The notes under the pieces: generated by a model
Databases searched by the model: none
What the model saw: the letters and a program-made list of their open reading frames with translations, nothing else
What the model was told of the DNA's origin: nothing
Assembly (NCBI RefSeq): GCF_001194135.2
Contig: NC_069000.1
Coordinates: 18,512,661 to 18,576,660, forward strand
DNA length: 64,000 nt
Origin: Octopus bimaculoides
Taxonomy: Eukaryota
Reading direction: 5' to 3'
In this document: positions 27,324 through 41,235 of the stretch, piece after piece
How positions within the stretch are numbered: position 1 is the first letter of the stretch
How the letters are laid out: every line of letters begins with the position of its first letter
Translations under genes and position numbers: made by a program

Positions 27324-28329
27324 CACTTGCAGAAAATATATGATTTCATATTTGAATAGAAGTGTGGTGCTCACTTTGGAATTGAAAGATCAGATTATTT
27401 CAGGCCTTTATCAGTAGCACTATATTGTTTGTTTCTGTTAAGCGAGGTGCACTGCTATTGCATAACTGCACGAGTATCAGTCAACTAGATTTCATGGTCA
27501 AAGAATTGATGCTAAGATGCAGGTTCCTAATTATCAAAAAATAAGTTTAAAATGGGAACAAAAATACAACCTTAACAACAACAACACCTCTTGCAAATAT
27601 TGAAAATTTGCAAACCCAGCCAAACTCATACAGTTGAGTAATCCACTCCAAAAAAACAAAAAATAATTTTTTTATTTATCCTCCCCCCCATCCCTTTTTT
27701 TTAAAGAATTTTCAGTCTATTGTTACCAATGTCTAAAGGATGAAAAATGAGAAATTTTCTTTACAAATATAATTTATTGTTTAATTAACTTGTTGTTTGA
27801 TTTTTAAATTTCAAAAAGAAAAAAAACAAAAAAAAACTCAAACAAACCAGTAACCATTTTAATGTCACTTTGTACCATTGGTACTGAGCTGTGATAGCAG
27901 AATGGTTAAGGTATTCCATTTATGCTTATGGTTTAGGTCTTCCTGTTATGATTATGGTTATAAATCATTTTTCAACTAATACACTCCTAGATCAGTTATT
28001 TTAATCTGTGACATATCTAGGTAACTCTAGAAGTTTTTATTTTTTTTTCAATGTATTTTACTAATGTTTCCATTCTGTTATAAGTTGATGTTGTTATAAA
28101 ATTTGTACAATTCTTGCTGTGGTACCCCATTGAAAAAAGACTGAACTAAGGGAGTTGTTTCATATTACGGGTATTAAATGAGGGGCACTGAATACTGTAG
28201 TAATATAACATTAAAACATCATAACATGAATTTACAAACAATCACATCTAAGTTTAAATGATAGTGTACGATGTTTAATAACACTGCGTAACAAAATTTC
28301 AATTTTTACTTTGGTCTCTGGTCAGTAAG

Positions 28330-28737
28330 TGTTATTTCCTATTTGTTTCTATCTAGAAATCAAAAGAAATCACTACTATTTCCTTCAAACTTTGCTTTTG
28401 TGATGTGAACGTCAATGTTTTAAAATTGACCTATTTTCCATTACATTTCAGATAGATTCAGTGCTGAGTTGCTGAAGCAGAAATATCGCTATAGCAAATA
28501 TTCTGCTCAATTTCACAGAATTTGCTAGTCAGTTGCTTGATGTTAACTACTTGAGCATGTCCTTTGGTGGCTGACAGTATGTGCATTTCTGATCATGAGC
28601 GTGAGTAGTGTAGGAACATCATTGCCATGTGTTGAGAGGGATTCTTTTGGGTTTGAATAAATGTAACAAAAGCAAAGTTTGAAGGAAATATTAGCCATTT
28701 TTCATACTTTTTAAGGATAAGCAAATAAGAAATAACA
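28330..28737. mobile_element. MITE-like element with ~75-bp inverted arms
   Basis: Core tatttccttcaaactttgcttttgt (28377-28401) is the exact reverse complement of 28666-28690. Confidence 0.7.
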
Positions 28738-29220
28738 GTTGTTATCGAAGGAGAAAAATTGTGTTACACAATTTTGGGCTAAAAACTTTTAAAATAAAAA
28801 GTAAATAGTATCACCAAAATTAAGAACAAGCCACACACTTCAACTTAGTTACATGCTGTTGTCTTACCACCATGTTTCATGTTATAGTGATACCATTTAG
28901 TCTGCCTATGTTCTCTGTGGTCCTAAAACTCTACAAATCCCAACTGCAGTTTAAAAAGGACTTGTTGGGTAATTAACAGATATTATCAAGAACATAGCTT
29001 AAGTTAATCAGTGATGCATCAGTGCTAAAGACTATGAAGGTCTAGAAATCTTGATGATGGATTCCAGATAAAACTGCGAGAAACTCAAGCAAAAATGTGA
29101 AGAAAAATATGGATAAAAAAAATAAACCATGAATATAGTTGCGTTGTCTATATACAATATCTCTGAAAAAGACATACTCTCTCTCTCTCTTTCTTTTTCT
29201 TTCTCTCCATTATATATATA

Positions 29221-29724
29221 TACTGAGTCAAAAGTTTTGCAATATTTTGGTAACTTATTTGCTTTATTCATCAAGTTATAACAAAAGCAGCCTGGCTTTC
29301 AAAGTAGAGGCCATCATGTTACACTGTTCGAAGCCATCTTTTTTGCCAGTTCTTTGATTCCATACTGAGACCAGTTCTTGTGCTTTGAGATGAAGAACTC
29401 CTTCATTGAAGCTTCCACCTACTCTTGGTTGATGAACAATTGCTATCACAGGAAGTGAACCCTGGATTGGAACAAGTAATAATCTAAGGAAGCTAGATCT
29501 GAACTAGATGCTGAGTGTGGCATCAGTTCGATTGCCTCAAGTTCCTGGAACTCATCAACCAAGAGGAGTGGAAGTTTCAGTATAGGATCAGAGAACTGGC
29601 AGAAAGGTGGCTTCAGATGGTGTAACACAATGACCTCCACTTTGAATGCTAGGTTGCTTTTGTTGTAACTGGACATAGCAAACAAGTTACCATAATATTG
29701 CAAAACTTTTGACTCAACACAATA
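29221..29724. mobile_element. Mariner-derived non-autonomous element with ~130-bp inverted arms
   Basis: tactgagtcaaaagttttgcaatatt.. / ..aatattgcaaaacttttgactcaa, TA-flanked; interior on minus encodes LMPHSASSSDLASLDYYLFQS (mariner YSPDLAP region). Confidence 0.8.
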
Positions 29725-29859
29725 TATATATATATATATATATATATGTAATAATAATAATAATAATAATACAAATGATATGTGAGCATATGCATATATA
29801 CATACATGTATGTACATACCTACATCTACATGTATATATAGATGTATATCCAGGTACAA

Positions 29860-30045
29860 GACGTCAAAAAAACATAGACAAAAAAGGAATGGGAACATAA
29901 ACAAAGTACAAAAAACGAACTTTTTTTACAGACAACAGAATGAACACATAGGAAAACAGACAAGCCACATATGGAACTTTTCCTTCATCAGCTGCCTCTA
30001 TTCTAAACTAGGCGTTTCGAAGATGAGGCAGAACACGCTCTTAGA
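29860..30045 (-). mobile_element. Short interspersed repeat, possibly a Penelope-like terminal repeat fragment with a degenerate hammerhead-like core
   Basis: Minus strand GAGGCAG-CTGATGA-A-GGAA-aag-TTCC with complementary CTGCCTC upstream; family assignment from general resemblance only. Confidence 0.35.
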
Positions 30046-30496
30046 TATACATATNNNNNNNNNNATACATATATATCATCATCATCGTTTAACGTCCGCT
30101 TTCCATGCTAGCATGGGTTATAATGTATATATATACATATACATACACACACACATTATCGTTGCTTGCTTTGTCTATCAGAAATGTAAAAGTGGTCACT
30201 CAGCAGATCCTTGTGTTAGATGTGTGTAAGAGTGTATTTAACATTCACTTTTCCATGCTTGCATGGGTCAGACAGAATTAGTTGAAGCAGATTTTCTATG
30301 CCCGGATGTCCTTCCTGTCACCAATTCTCAGCTGTTTCAAAGCAAGGTAATATTTCATCATGGTCAGACATGTTCTTGCAGAATATTGGAGACAAGTGAC
30401 ACTGCTTGTATGACAGTGACTTACATTTACATCTAGCAGGCAATGTCAAGACAAAGAGACTCAAACACTTTCACACACACACACACACACATGCAT

Positions 30497-30530
<34 letters not shown>

Positions 30531-31044
30531 NNNNNNNNNNNNNNNNNNNNNNNNNNNNNNNNNNNNNNNNNNNNNNNNNNNNNNNNNNNNNNNNNNNNNN
30601 NNNNNNNNNNNNNNNNNGAGTGGCTGTGTGGTAAGTAGCTTGCTTACCAACCACATGGTTCTGGGTTCAGTCCCACTGCATGGCACCTTGGGCAAGCATC
30701 TTCTACTATAGCCTTGGGCCGACCAAAGCCTTGTGAGTGAATTTGGTAGATGGAAACTGAAAGAAGCCTGTTGTATATATGTGTGTGTATATATATATAT
30801 ATATATATAATATATATATATGTATGTATGTGTGTGTATATGTTTGTGTGTCTGTGTTTGTTCCCCAACATCGCTTGACAACCGATGTTGGTGTGTTTAC
30901 ATCCTCGTAACTTAGCGGTTCGGCAAAAGAGACCGATAGAATAAGTACTAGGCTTACAAATAATAAGTCCTGGGGTCAATTTGCTTGACTAAAGGCGGTG
31001 CTCCAGCATGGCCGCAGTCAAATGACTGAAACAAGTAAAAAAAA

Positions 31045-31755
31045 AATGCTCTGAGAGCATAGCTGTGAGAATAAGAATAGGGTGGGCAAAGTTCAGAGAG
31101 CTCCTACCTTTGCTGGCAACAAAGGGCCTCTCTCTCAGAGTGAAAGGCAGATTGTATGATGACTGTGTGAACAGCTATGCTTATGCTACACAACAATGAA
31201 ACATTGGCTGTGACAGCCAATGACATGCGTAGGCTTGAAAGAAATGAAACCAGTATGCTTCACTGGATGTGCAGTTTCAGTGTTCATGTTCGACAGGGTG
31301 TGAGCATCTTGAGAGAAAAGTTAGGCATGAAAGGAATCAAATGTGATATGCAAGAGAGACACCTGCACTGGTATGGTCATGTGATGCGTATGGATGAGGA
31401 CAGTTGTGTAACAAAGTGCTGATCTTTTACTGTGGAGGGAACCTGTGTATGAGTTAGACCCAGGAAGACATGGGATGAGGTGGTAAAGCATGATCTTCAA
31501 ACTTTGGGCCTCACAGAGACAGTGACTAGAGACCGAGACCTTTGGCAATATGCTGTGCCTGAGAAGACCTCAGGCCAAGTGAATTGTATCAAGCCAAGTG
31601 AAATTGTAGTCGTGGCCGATGCTGGTGTCACATAACTGGCACCTGTGCTGGTGACATGTAAAAAGCGTCTTTCAAGCATTAGTCCTCACAGAGGCAAAGT
31701 GGCCGATGCTGGTGGCACATGAAAAGCTCCTTTTGAGTGTTGGGCCTCATGAAGG
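31045..31755 (+). mobile_element. RTE-clade LINE 3' fragment
   Basis: NETLAVTANDMRRLERNETSMLHWMC..LREKLG..LHWYGHVMRM typical of the RTE ORF end, followed by the family 3' UTR. Confidence 0.88.
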
Positions 31756-32787
31756 CAAGATGCTTGCAAAAGTGATAGTTGGCAGGAGAAAGGTCTGGGA
31801 AATAAGCTGGATGGGGAAGAACTTCGTAGCCAAGTTCCCACAACTTTTGGAGTGTCATTAGTGAAACATGTGGTCAAGCATTGTCATGAAGAATGATTGG
31901 CCCTCTTCTCTTGACCAGTCTGGGATGGAGAAGTAGCAGTTTTTCATTTATTTTGGCAGTTTCATGACAATATGTTTCTGCAGTAATGCTTTTCTGGGTT
32001 TTAAGAAGTTATAGTGGATGAGTCCAGCAGTACACCACCAAACAGTCACCATGACCTTTTTGAAAAGCTTAGGTGCTTAGGTTTAGGGAAGGTTTCTGGT
32101 GCTTCATTTTAGTCCAACCACTGTGAAGAACATTTTTTATTATTGTATAGAATCCACTTTTCATTACAAGTCACAATACAGTAGAGAAATCGATCGGTCT
32201 GGTTACAGAGAAGAAACGTTGAGCAAATTCCATATCTATGCATTTTCTGATTTTCATTCAAATTGTGTGGTACCCATTTGTTGAGCTTTTTGATTTTCTG
32301 ATTGCATACAAATGGTTACAGGCAGTTTTCTGGTTAACTTGAAGTTCTTTTGCCAGTTCTGGAGTGGTTTTATATGGGTCTTCCTCAATGACAGTCTTTA
32401 ATTGACCGTTATCGATGACAGATGGGCATCTACTACGCTCACAATCTTCAAGGCGCAGCTCTCCACTGCGAAATCGTTTAAACCATTTTCGAGCTGACCA
32501 CTCACTGGTTATTTCCTTATTGATATCGTGAACAGTTCCAGCTGCTGTACGCCCTTTTTTAAAGTTGAATAGCAAAATTGCTCAAATATCGCACTTTGAC
32601 AGTTCAATTTCAGATGATTGTAACAATGGTGAAAAAGATATCAATGTTAATTTATTGATGCAAGTCTGTGTCGGTATTATCAACCGCTTGTAAAAAAAAA
32701 ATGTTTAAAAAAATTGAGAACTCTGCAAAAATCCGGTACAAATTCTTCATGGCTCAAAATGTTACTTGCTTTTTACTCAACCCGATA
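31755..32787 (-). mobile_element. Mariner pseudogene with internal deletions
   Basis: 5' TIR TATCGGGTTGAGTAAAAAG (TA at 32786-32787); FNFKKGRTAAGT..WFKRFRSG..EDCERSRCP; ILHDNA*PH; ELGYEVLPHPAYFPDL. Confidence 0.88.
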
Positions 32788-34137
32788 TTTTGTTTTCTCA
32801 GTGATATTGTATCTAAAACTCTGTATTCTATTATGACTTCCCTTTTTTGGCTTCTATTTCTAGCAGGTCAAGTACNNNNNNNNNNNNNNNNNNNNNNNNN
32901 NNNNNNNNNNNNNNNNNNNNNNNNNNNNNNNNNNNNNNNNNNNNNNNNNNNNNNNNNNNNNNNNNNNNNNNNNNNNNNNNNNNNNNNNNNNNNNNNNNNN
33001 NNNNNNNNNNNNNNNNNNNNNNNNNNNNNNNNNNNNNNNNNNNNNNNNNNNNNNNNNNNNNNNNNNNNNNNNNNNNNNNNNNNNNNNNNNNNNNNNNNNN
33101 NNNNNNNNNNNNNNNNNNNNNNNNNNNNNNNNNNNNNNNNNNNNNNNAATTAAGTCCTTTTAATACATTTAAAAAATTAAAAGTAAAAAAAAGCATTAAT
33201 TTCACCCTCAGTTGCAATGTAAAACAGGTTGTTATGTATGTGTGTGTGTTTGTTACTGTGAGTGGCAATTTAACTAGCAGTTACACATGCACGAATACAT
33301 TTAACCTTTTAGCATTCAAAACAGCTACATCCAATTGCATCAAAGACACTGTTATTTGCTGTAATTAGCTATACCTCATATAGATGACACCTTACTTTGG
33401 CTAGGAAAATAAAACCCCAAAACCCCCCAATCTTTCATCACCCACACAGAGGAAATCATTATATTCCAATGAAAGAGCCTTTATACCACTAAGTCTTTTC
33501 TGACTTTGTAGTATGTTGAAGATCAAGCTTTAAAAAAAAAAAAAATTACTTGCACACTTAACATGGAAAGTTAAACCATACTGGTATACTTTTCATGGAA
33601 AGTTTTTAAAAGATGTTTTAAAGTTAAAAATTTAGATAAAAAATATACATATTGTGAAGATCATGTTAACTGGGACAGTTTTTACCCACAAGCTTGTTCA
33701 ACCATAAGAAAAATATAGAAAACTATTAGTTACCTCGTCTTATTAATCATATTTGTGTATAGCAAAATTATGAATAATGCATTTTCCAATATGTTCAAAT
33801 ATTAATAGATTTTTTTAAAGACTTAACTCTTCTAATACCAACCCATCTAAAACTGCTCTTGGCTCCAAGACACAAAAACCCCATTTTAAAATGACTTGGA
33901 TAAATACCTTCCATCAATATTCCATACCAGTTTATGTTTCAAATACCAGTTTAATAATGACAAATTTATGTTAAATAGATTCTTTGTTATTTTCAAAATT
34001 ATTTGAAACAAAGACTGCATATTTCAACAGAAATATCGTAACAAAAGGATTAAATTATATTTTTAAAATCTGCGGCTCATTTAGATACCTTGTGTGCACC
34101 AACATATTCCTTATAGTAAACTATTTGAAAATCACTG

Positions 34138-34250
34138 CTGTACAGATATACTGTATAGAAATATGCTGTACAAGAAATAGCAACTGTGCAGATATATGCT
34201 GTACTAGAAATAGCAACTGTACAGATATATGCTGTACTAGAAATAGCAAC
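34138..34250. repeat. 33-bp tandem repeat, about 3 copies
   Basis: tgtacagatatatgctgtactagaaatagcaac repeated. Confidence 0.85.
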
Positions 34251-35150
34251 CAATGCTCTATCTTTAAAAAAGAAAAGACACATGGTAAATGTAGTCCTTG
34301 ATAACATTGTCTGAAAAAACAAAATATGATCATAGACCGAGCATTTTTGACAGTAGGTCTGCATAGGATTTGATGAGAATGTTTTAAAATTTCTTTAGAT
34401 ATTAAAAGGAAAAACTTGGAAGTTAATTCACATATTCCTACATTTATAAAACCAGAAACATTGCATCCACACATGCAAGTCATGTCTATGCTTCTATAAA
34501 CACAGATATTTTTTTTTTTTGCAAATACAGATTGTTTAGAATTGATGTTAATTTGGATAGACTATAAAAGGACTTCATGCATTATAGAAGTTCACATTGT
34601 TGATTCATCTATTATCATAAGTTTCTAAATTATTTCAGCCAATATTGAATCCTGATCCAAGAAAGATGTGTATAAGAAGTGAGATCAAGTGTAAACCTCA
34701 GTAAATATCGATACCAAAATACTTTCTATTCTTGGGTGCCATAAAAGAAACATTGGTGTTTAGTGATTATTATTAAGGTTATATGTCATTCAATGTGTAT
34801 ATAAGAAAAAGAGGTGACAAAGGAATAAATGCATATCTTATGAACTTCATTAGCTTACAGCTGTTTCCACTATAAGATGTAGTGGACTTATAGTTCAGAG
34901 CTAAATGAAGTGCATAAGATAATCGTTTATTCCTTTGTCATCTCTTTTCTTATTACTGCTCTGTACTTGACTAATGCTTTGTTTAGAGGCATACATATAT
35001 TGAGTTGTACACCAGGTTAATATTGCAATGCCTAAGTGACATATATACACATATATATATTTCATTTAAGTATGGTGATACTAATAACCTGATATATATA
35101 TATACATATACATAGTGTTTACATCAATAGAGACATTTGTAAGTCATTAA

Positions 35151-35366
35151 CCCTTTTGCATTCAGATTTCTCTGTCAAATACAATGTTTATTCACACTGA
35201 TTTTAATTAGTCATGCATAACCTTGTAATATTGAGATTTCTATGACATGATTGTTTATTTGTAGAATAATATTGTAGAGTAAATGTGAGAGGCCAGATCT
35301 GGTCAGTTCGAAGATGAAACAAGTAAATTATTTTGGCCGGATGTGGTCAGTTTAAATGCTAAAGGG
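35151..35366. mobile_element. TTAA-flanked piggyBac-like MITE (216 bp)
   Basis: TTAA|CCCTTTTGCATT ... AATGCTAAAGGG|TTAA. Other copies: 17101-17732 (split by an RTE piece), 24288-24502, 37778-37995, 43793-43955, fragments at 33300 and 58621. Confidence 0.85.
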
Positions 35367-38300
35367 TTAAGGATATATGATAACCTAATTCCAACTAAGA
35401 CTTTTAATGATAAATATCTGGTTGAATAAGCCAAGGTAAAATTTGAAGTCCCAGTTCACTACAACTTGATTAGACTTTATATGTATATCAAATAGTGGTA
35501 TCAGAGTAAGAGAGTCACGGCTGCTGAGATAAAGTAAAAGATTACTAGGCAACAGTTAGTATTACTGACAATAGTATTGAGCTATGTTTGTAGTAAAGGC
35601 ACTTTTCTTCAATGATCAGTTACACATAACTTGTAAATAGACATCATCACAAACTGCAGGAGTACTTAAAAATACAATCTTTTGTCAACTTACATTACTG
35701 CACAATGTGCCAACAGCTTCCACTATTTTGATATCTTACAATATCAACTTTTACAAGATTATCACGAGTGAAAGTTGGCCTATGTTGATCAACTTTTAAC
35801 ACAGGCACCCATTATTATTGTCTCAAACCCCGCTTTGTTTTTTCTTTGCCATCTGTTCAAAATATCTGTTACTTGTACAGTTGTTTCTCTTAAATACTTC
35901 AGTAGATACATTCATCATTACAACTCATTTGTACCTGTCCACTCCTCAACCTCACATTGCATACACTCAGTAACACATATGTACTTTCCTTTCTGGTCCT
36001 TAAACGAACCTTTTGTGGCTATTCTGATCACCTACTCCTAATTTCTGTCATCAGTACAACAAATCCAATACAGCTCGGGTAGTAAATCACAGCTAAGAAG
36101 CAAAATAGTTCCAAACCTAAGAGTGCCAAGATTCAAAAGTTGATTGATGATTGAAAAGTCATTCGGTTTTTATAACTCATTCAAAAATGAAGCTTGAGTG
36201 CAAAATGTTTTGTCTGAGTATAGATGGGTGGTGATGGTGTTGTGTTTTGCATGTGTATGTGACAGGGGGGTGTCTAATGCATATAATTTCAGTGGGATCT
36301 TCTCCTCAAATATTCCCCAAGTTCTGAGATTACATCTTTCTCTGGTAGGAGAGGTGAGCTGTACTTTACATCACACCTTTTCACAATGTTAAAACAATTC
36401 AATTTCTGGTCAGAAATGCTAATCTACTACAGGTTTGGCCCACTCATCTGTATATAGTGCTCCTGCTGCTGACAGTGACATATTGAACCATCACGATACC
36501 TGTCACTTAAGTCAATTAAGCCATTAATTAAAGACACAATGCAGTGTAAGGAGATGAATACTTATTTAGTCAACTATGGATTCTCTTGACATGGGCTGGA
36601 TGCGGCAACATCCATGCTGGATGCTTCACACCTCCAAATAAGCATAATACTGATATCTGTTTTATTTATTCTATGTTTTATAACTACATTACTGTACACA
36701 GAGGCCTAAGTGAATTTTGAGAAACCTTGACCCAGGCACTGACATAACTTAGATACTGAAACAGTACCAAATATTTTTATAAATTCAACCTAAAACTTTG
36801 ATTCATAAAATAAATGCAGTATGTTTAAATAAGATAGGAAAAATATAGAAATTGCATGATAAAAGCTTAGAACATCTAAATCTATTGTATTGAAGAAATA
36901 TTTCCAGCTTTGCTCTATGTATAAGAATAGTTAATGTGGTATAGTTATTATTAAGGATGAATGGTAGTGAAAACCTAAGTGATTTTTGTGGTAACTATTT
37001 TATTGATATTACATTTGAGTGTAAATCAAAATAGGTTATTTAGGTATTTCTAGCCTTGAAAAGCTGAGACTTAACTAATTCAAAACCATGATTCTTTGGT
37101 AGGTGAATTGGCAAAACCACTTTAAAAGTTATGACACCTAAAATTGTTTCAGAGCAAAGTTAGAGATACGTTTTTATATAAAATTAAATCCTATCTTCTA
37201 TAGTGTGTTATACAACTTGCCACATATATCAATTATTAAATGTTTAGAAGATATATGTTCAAGATATTAACTGATGATATACAATCAGTCTTACTGAGAG
37301 AGAAAAATAATACTTATTCTTAACATATTTAATGCACTGATCATCAAATATTTAATTAGAAACATGACAAACATTTTAATCATTATGATTAAACCAAATC
37401 ATAAAACAATATTAGTCACTGAGTTAATGTATTTTCTCATCACATACATGTATCAAAATTAGAATTTTCAAATTGATGGTAAATCTCTGAGTAATTAACC
37501 ATAGACATTTATTTTTATTTGAGAGGAAAATGCCTGGTTTTGAACTGAAGCTGATGTAACCCAGATAGATTGAAATCATGATCCTTTCATTATTAAATAA
37601 ACATATTCTCTCTAGCAGGTTAGGAACACATTCTCATAGAGAAATAATTAACTCAGATTTTCTATGTTATGTAAATGCTTCACCATATCTACATCATAAA
37701 ATGCTTTAGTCTGTATATGAACTGATTTATAAAAAAATGTCTGACTGAAAAGCACAGCATATAGTTCTAACCACATAAAGCCTTTAGCATTCAGATTACT
37801 CTATCAAATGTAATGCTTATTTATTCACAATATTTTGATTTAATTCTGGATTATCTTGTAGCTTTAAGATTTCAATGATGTGATTGTTTATTTTTAACAT
37901 GTCACTACAGGATAGTGTGAGAGGCCTGATCTGGCCACTTAGAGCATAAAACAGAATATTTGGGCTGAACATAGCTGGTTTAAATGCTAAAACTATTGAG
38001 ACCTGGCTAGGATGAAATCACAACTCCACAGGAGTTGGATACCCCAAATTATTTTAGAGTAGTTTAGAAATACTTCCTTATATAGAAGTGTTTTAATAAT
38101 ACAGTTGATTATAAACAGAGGCGCATACAAACATGTAATGTGCTATGGCGTATTGTGTTAGGTAGTGTGAAATTCATGTGTTGAAATGTAATGTAGTGAC
38201 AAAGGGTACCCTAAACAAGATTCCAATATGGTAAACAGTTTTGGATTGAATAAATGCCTATTTTTAAATAAGTTGTATGAACAAGAGAGTTTTATGAGAA

Positions 38301-38680
38301 CATAGAAGAGATTTAGTACACACAACAAAAACACATGTATGATATTATTTAATTTGATTAAGAAGAGATGCATAGCCACTACAACTCTTTGAGACTAGGA
38401 AGATTAATGTGATTGATGTTTGGTTAGAAAAATTCTGCATGAATCGGGAGAGGGTTCCAAATTATTACGGTAGTGGGAAATAAGGTCTGCGTTGACATAG
38501 GGCCAGGATAATAAGTAGAGAGCAGTAGAAAAGGAGAGAGAGAGAGAGAATATGTGTCTGTATGTATGGTTGATATCACAGAGTTTGCATTTCAAAATAA
38601 TTCAGTCACAAAACCCACACACATATGCTGTCCTCCTTTCATTTTACTTTGTCATCTCAGTGGTAGTGTGTGTGTGTGTG

Positions 38681-38713
<33 letters not shown>

Positions 38714-38954
38714 AAGGCAAACAATGACAATGGATTTATGGCATGGCATCGGTACATTTATTTGTGATGTGTAGTGAGATATGGTATTCTTTGGTTATTA
38801 CTTTTAAGTTCATCTTTATAGATTTTCTATAGAATCCAGAGCCAGCACTGCAATTGATATCTATGGTGACTATTACTGTTTAGCTCCAGGTCAGGCCTGA
38901 TTGAGCAGAACTATGATCAGAGACATTCCAGTTGTGACCATCCTGTCCTTTTCA

Positions 38955-39574
38955 ATAATAATCCTTTCTACAATAGGGACAAGGCCTAAAATGTCGACTG
39001 GTACTTAATTTATCGACCCTGAAAGGATGAAAGGCAGTGTCGACTTCGGCAGAATTTGAACTCAGAATGTGAAAACGGGTGAAATACCGCTAAGTATTTT
39101 GGCCAGCATGCTAACGCTTCTGCCAGCTCACCACCTGATTTCAAATTTTGGCACAAGGCCAGCAATTTCATGGAGGGGATAAGTCGATTACACTGACCCC
39201 AGTACTCAACTGGTACTTGTTTTATTGACTCCGAAAGAATGAAAGGCAAAGTTGACCTCAGCAGAATTGTGCAGACGAATGACATGCCGCTAAGCTTTTT
39301 GATCAGTGTACTAACGACTCTGCCAGCTCGCCACCTTAACAATAATAATAATAATCCTTTTAATTATAGGCACAAGGCCTGAAATTTTGGGGGAGGGGAC
39401 CAGTCGATTACATCGACCCCAGTACTCAACTGGCTCTTATTTTATCGACCCCAAACAGATGAAAGGCAAAAATCAACATTGGTGGAATTTGAACTCAGAA
39501 CATAAAGACGGATAAAATGCCACTGAGCACTTCGTCTGACATGTTAAAGATTCTGCCAGCTTACCACCATAATG

Positions 39575-39624
<50 letters not shown>

Positions 39625-41235
39625 TGTTTCTAATATAGGCATAAAGCTTGAAATTAAAAGGAAGTGGGTTAGTTCATTAAACTGCCCCAAGTATTCGACA
39701 GGTACTTTACTTTATAGATCCTAGAGGGATGACAGACAAAGTTGCCCATGGTGGGATTTCAACTCAGGACATAAAGAACTAGAAGAAAAGTCATTAAACA
39801 TTTTGTCCAATGAGCTAATAATAATAGTAGCAATCATTTTTAACATAGACACAAGGCAAGAAATTTGGAGGCAAAGAAACACACAATTTTACCAAGTTTA
39901 GTACTTGACTGGTACTTTATTATATAAACCCCAGAAGGATAAAAGGCAAAGTTAAATTTGGTGGGATTTGAACTCAGAATGTAAAGAGCTGGAACAAGTA
40001 CCACAAATCATTGTGTGTAACACTAATGATTCTGCTGCAGATTTCTAGCATTGGTACACGGTTACTAATTACGGAAGAAAATGTAGTCAATGAATCAATC
40101 TACAGATAGATGGAAAGTAATATAGGCTTTGACAGGATTTGAACACAGAACATAGAGGATACAACTCAATCTCCCAACCCATTTCATTTGCCAGGCTATC
40201 ATTTCCACCTCGTAATTATAATAATAATATACTTCACATCACATGATTTGGGGAATGGCTATAGTAGATTCTACTGACTCCAGTAGTTGAATGATACTGT
40301 ATTCTATCAAGACCAAAAAGGATGAAAGAAAAAGTCTATACTCTATGATGGAAAAGGAAGAGGGAAAAAAAGGATTATGAAAAGAGAGAGAGAGAATAAT
40401 TAGCTGTCAGCCAGCATGTGAGTCACACAAGCAGACAGTGAAAAACAGGGTGGATAGAAGAAAGACTGAAAGATAAGAAAGGAGAAATGGAAGTAAGAAG
40501 GATAGAGCTCTACAATGTAGAAGGGGAATCAGAGAGGTAACATGATAAAATAAATCAGGTGGAAGGAGTAGGCAGTAGTTGCATTAAGAGCTATGGAAAG
40601 AGAAAGAAAGTTATATAAAAAGGGGAGGATGAGACAGATAAATAGATGGGTGGGAAAAGTATTGGAAAACAGTAACAAAAATAAAAAGAAGGAACAGAGA
40701 CAGAAGCGTAAGAAAAAAATGGATCAAGGCTTGAAACAAAAATATTAAGAATTACCGAAAAGAGACATAAATAAACTTCATCATTTTTGGTGGGTACTAT
40801 ACCAGCAATAAGCGTAAAACTATTTTTAAACTGGGAACAATTCAATCAAAAAGATAATGATGAAAGGCAAAATTGACCTTGACAGAATTTAAACTCAGAA
40901 AACAAAGAAATATCACTAAGCCTTTTGTCTCACATTTTAACAATTCTGCCAGCTGCTACCTGAATAATGATAATAATAATAATAATAATGATAATAATAA
41001 TAATAGTAGTAGTAGTAGTAGTAGTAGTAGTTTCAAATTTTGGTATAAGGCCAGCAAGTTTCAGGGGTAAGAGTAAGCCGATTCCACTGACCCCAGTACT
41101 TAACTGATACTTTATTTTACTTACCCTGAAAAGAGGAACGGCAAAGTTGACCTTTGCGGGATTTGAACTCGGAATATATAGAGCTGGAGCAAATACTGCA
41201 AAACATTTTCTCCAATCTTCTAACAATTCTGCTAC
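38955..41235 (-). repeat. Array of about 9 same-orientation family B SINE copies separated by (AAT)n/(AGT)n tails
   Basis: Repeated unit ..ggcacaaggcc..cagtactcaactggtac..gatgaaaggcaaag..gaatttgaactcagaa..tctgccagct at about 38955, 39140, 39341, 39571, 39820, 40036, 40210, 40770, 41030. Confidence 0.85.
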
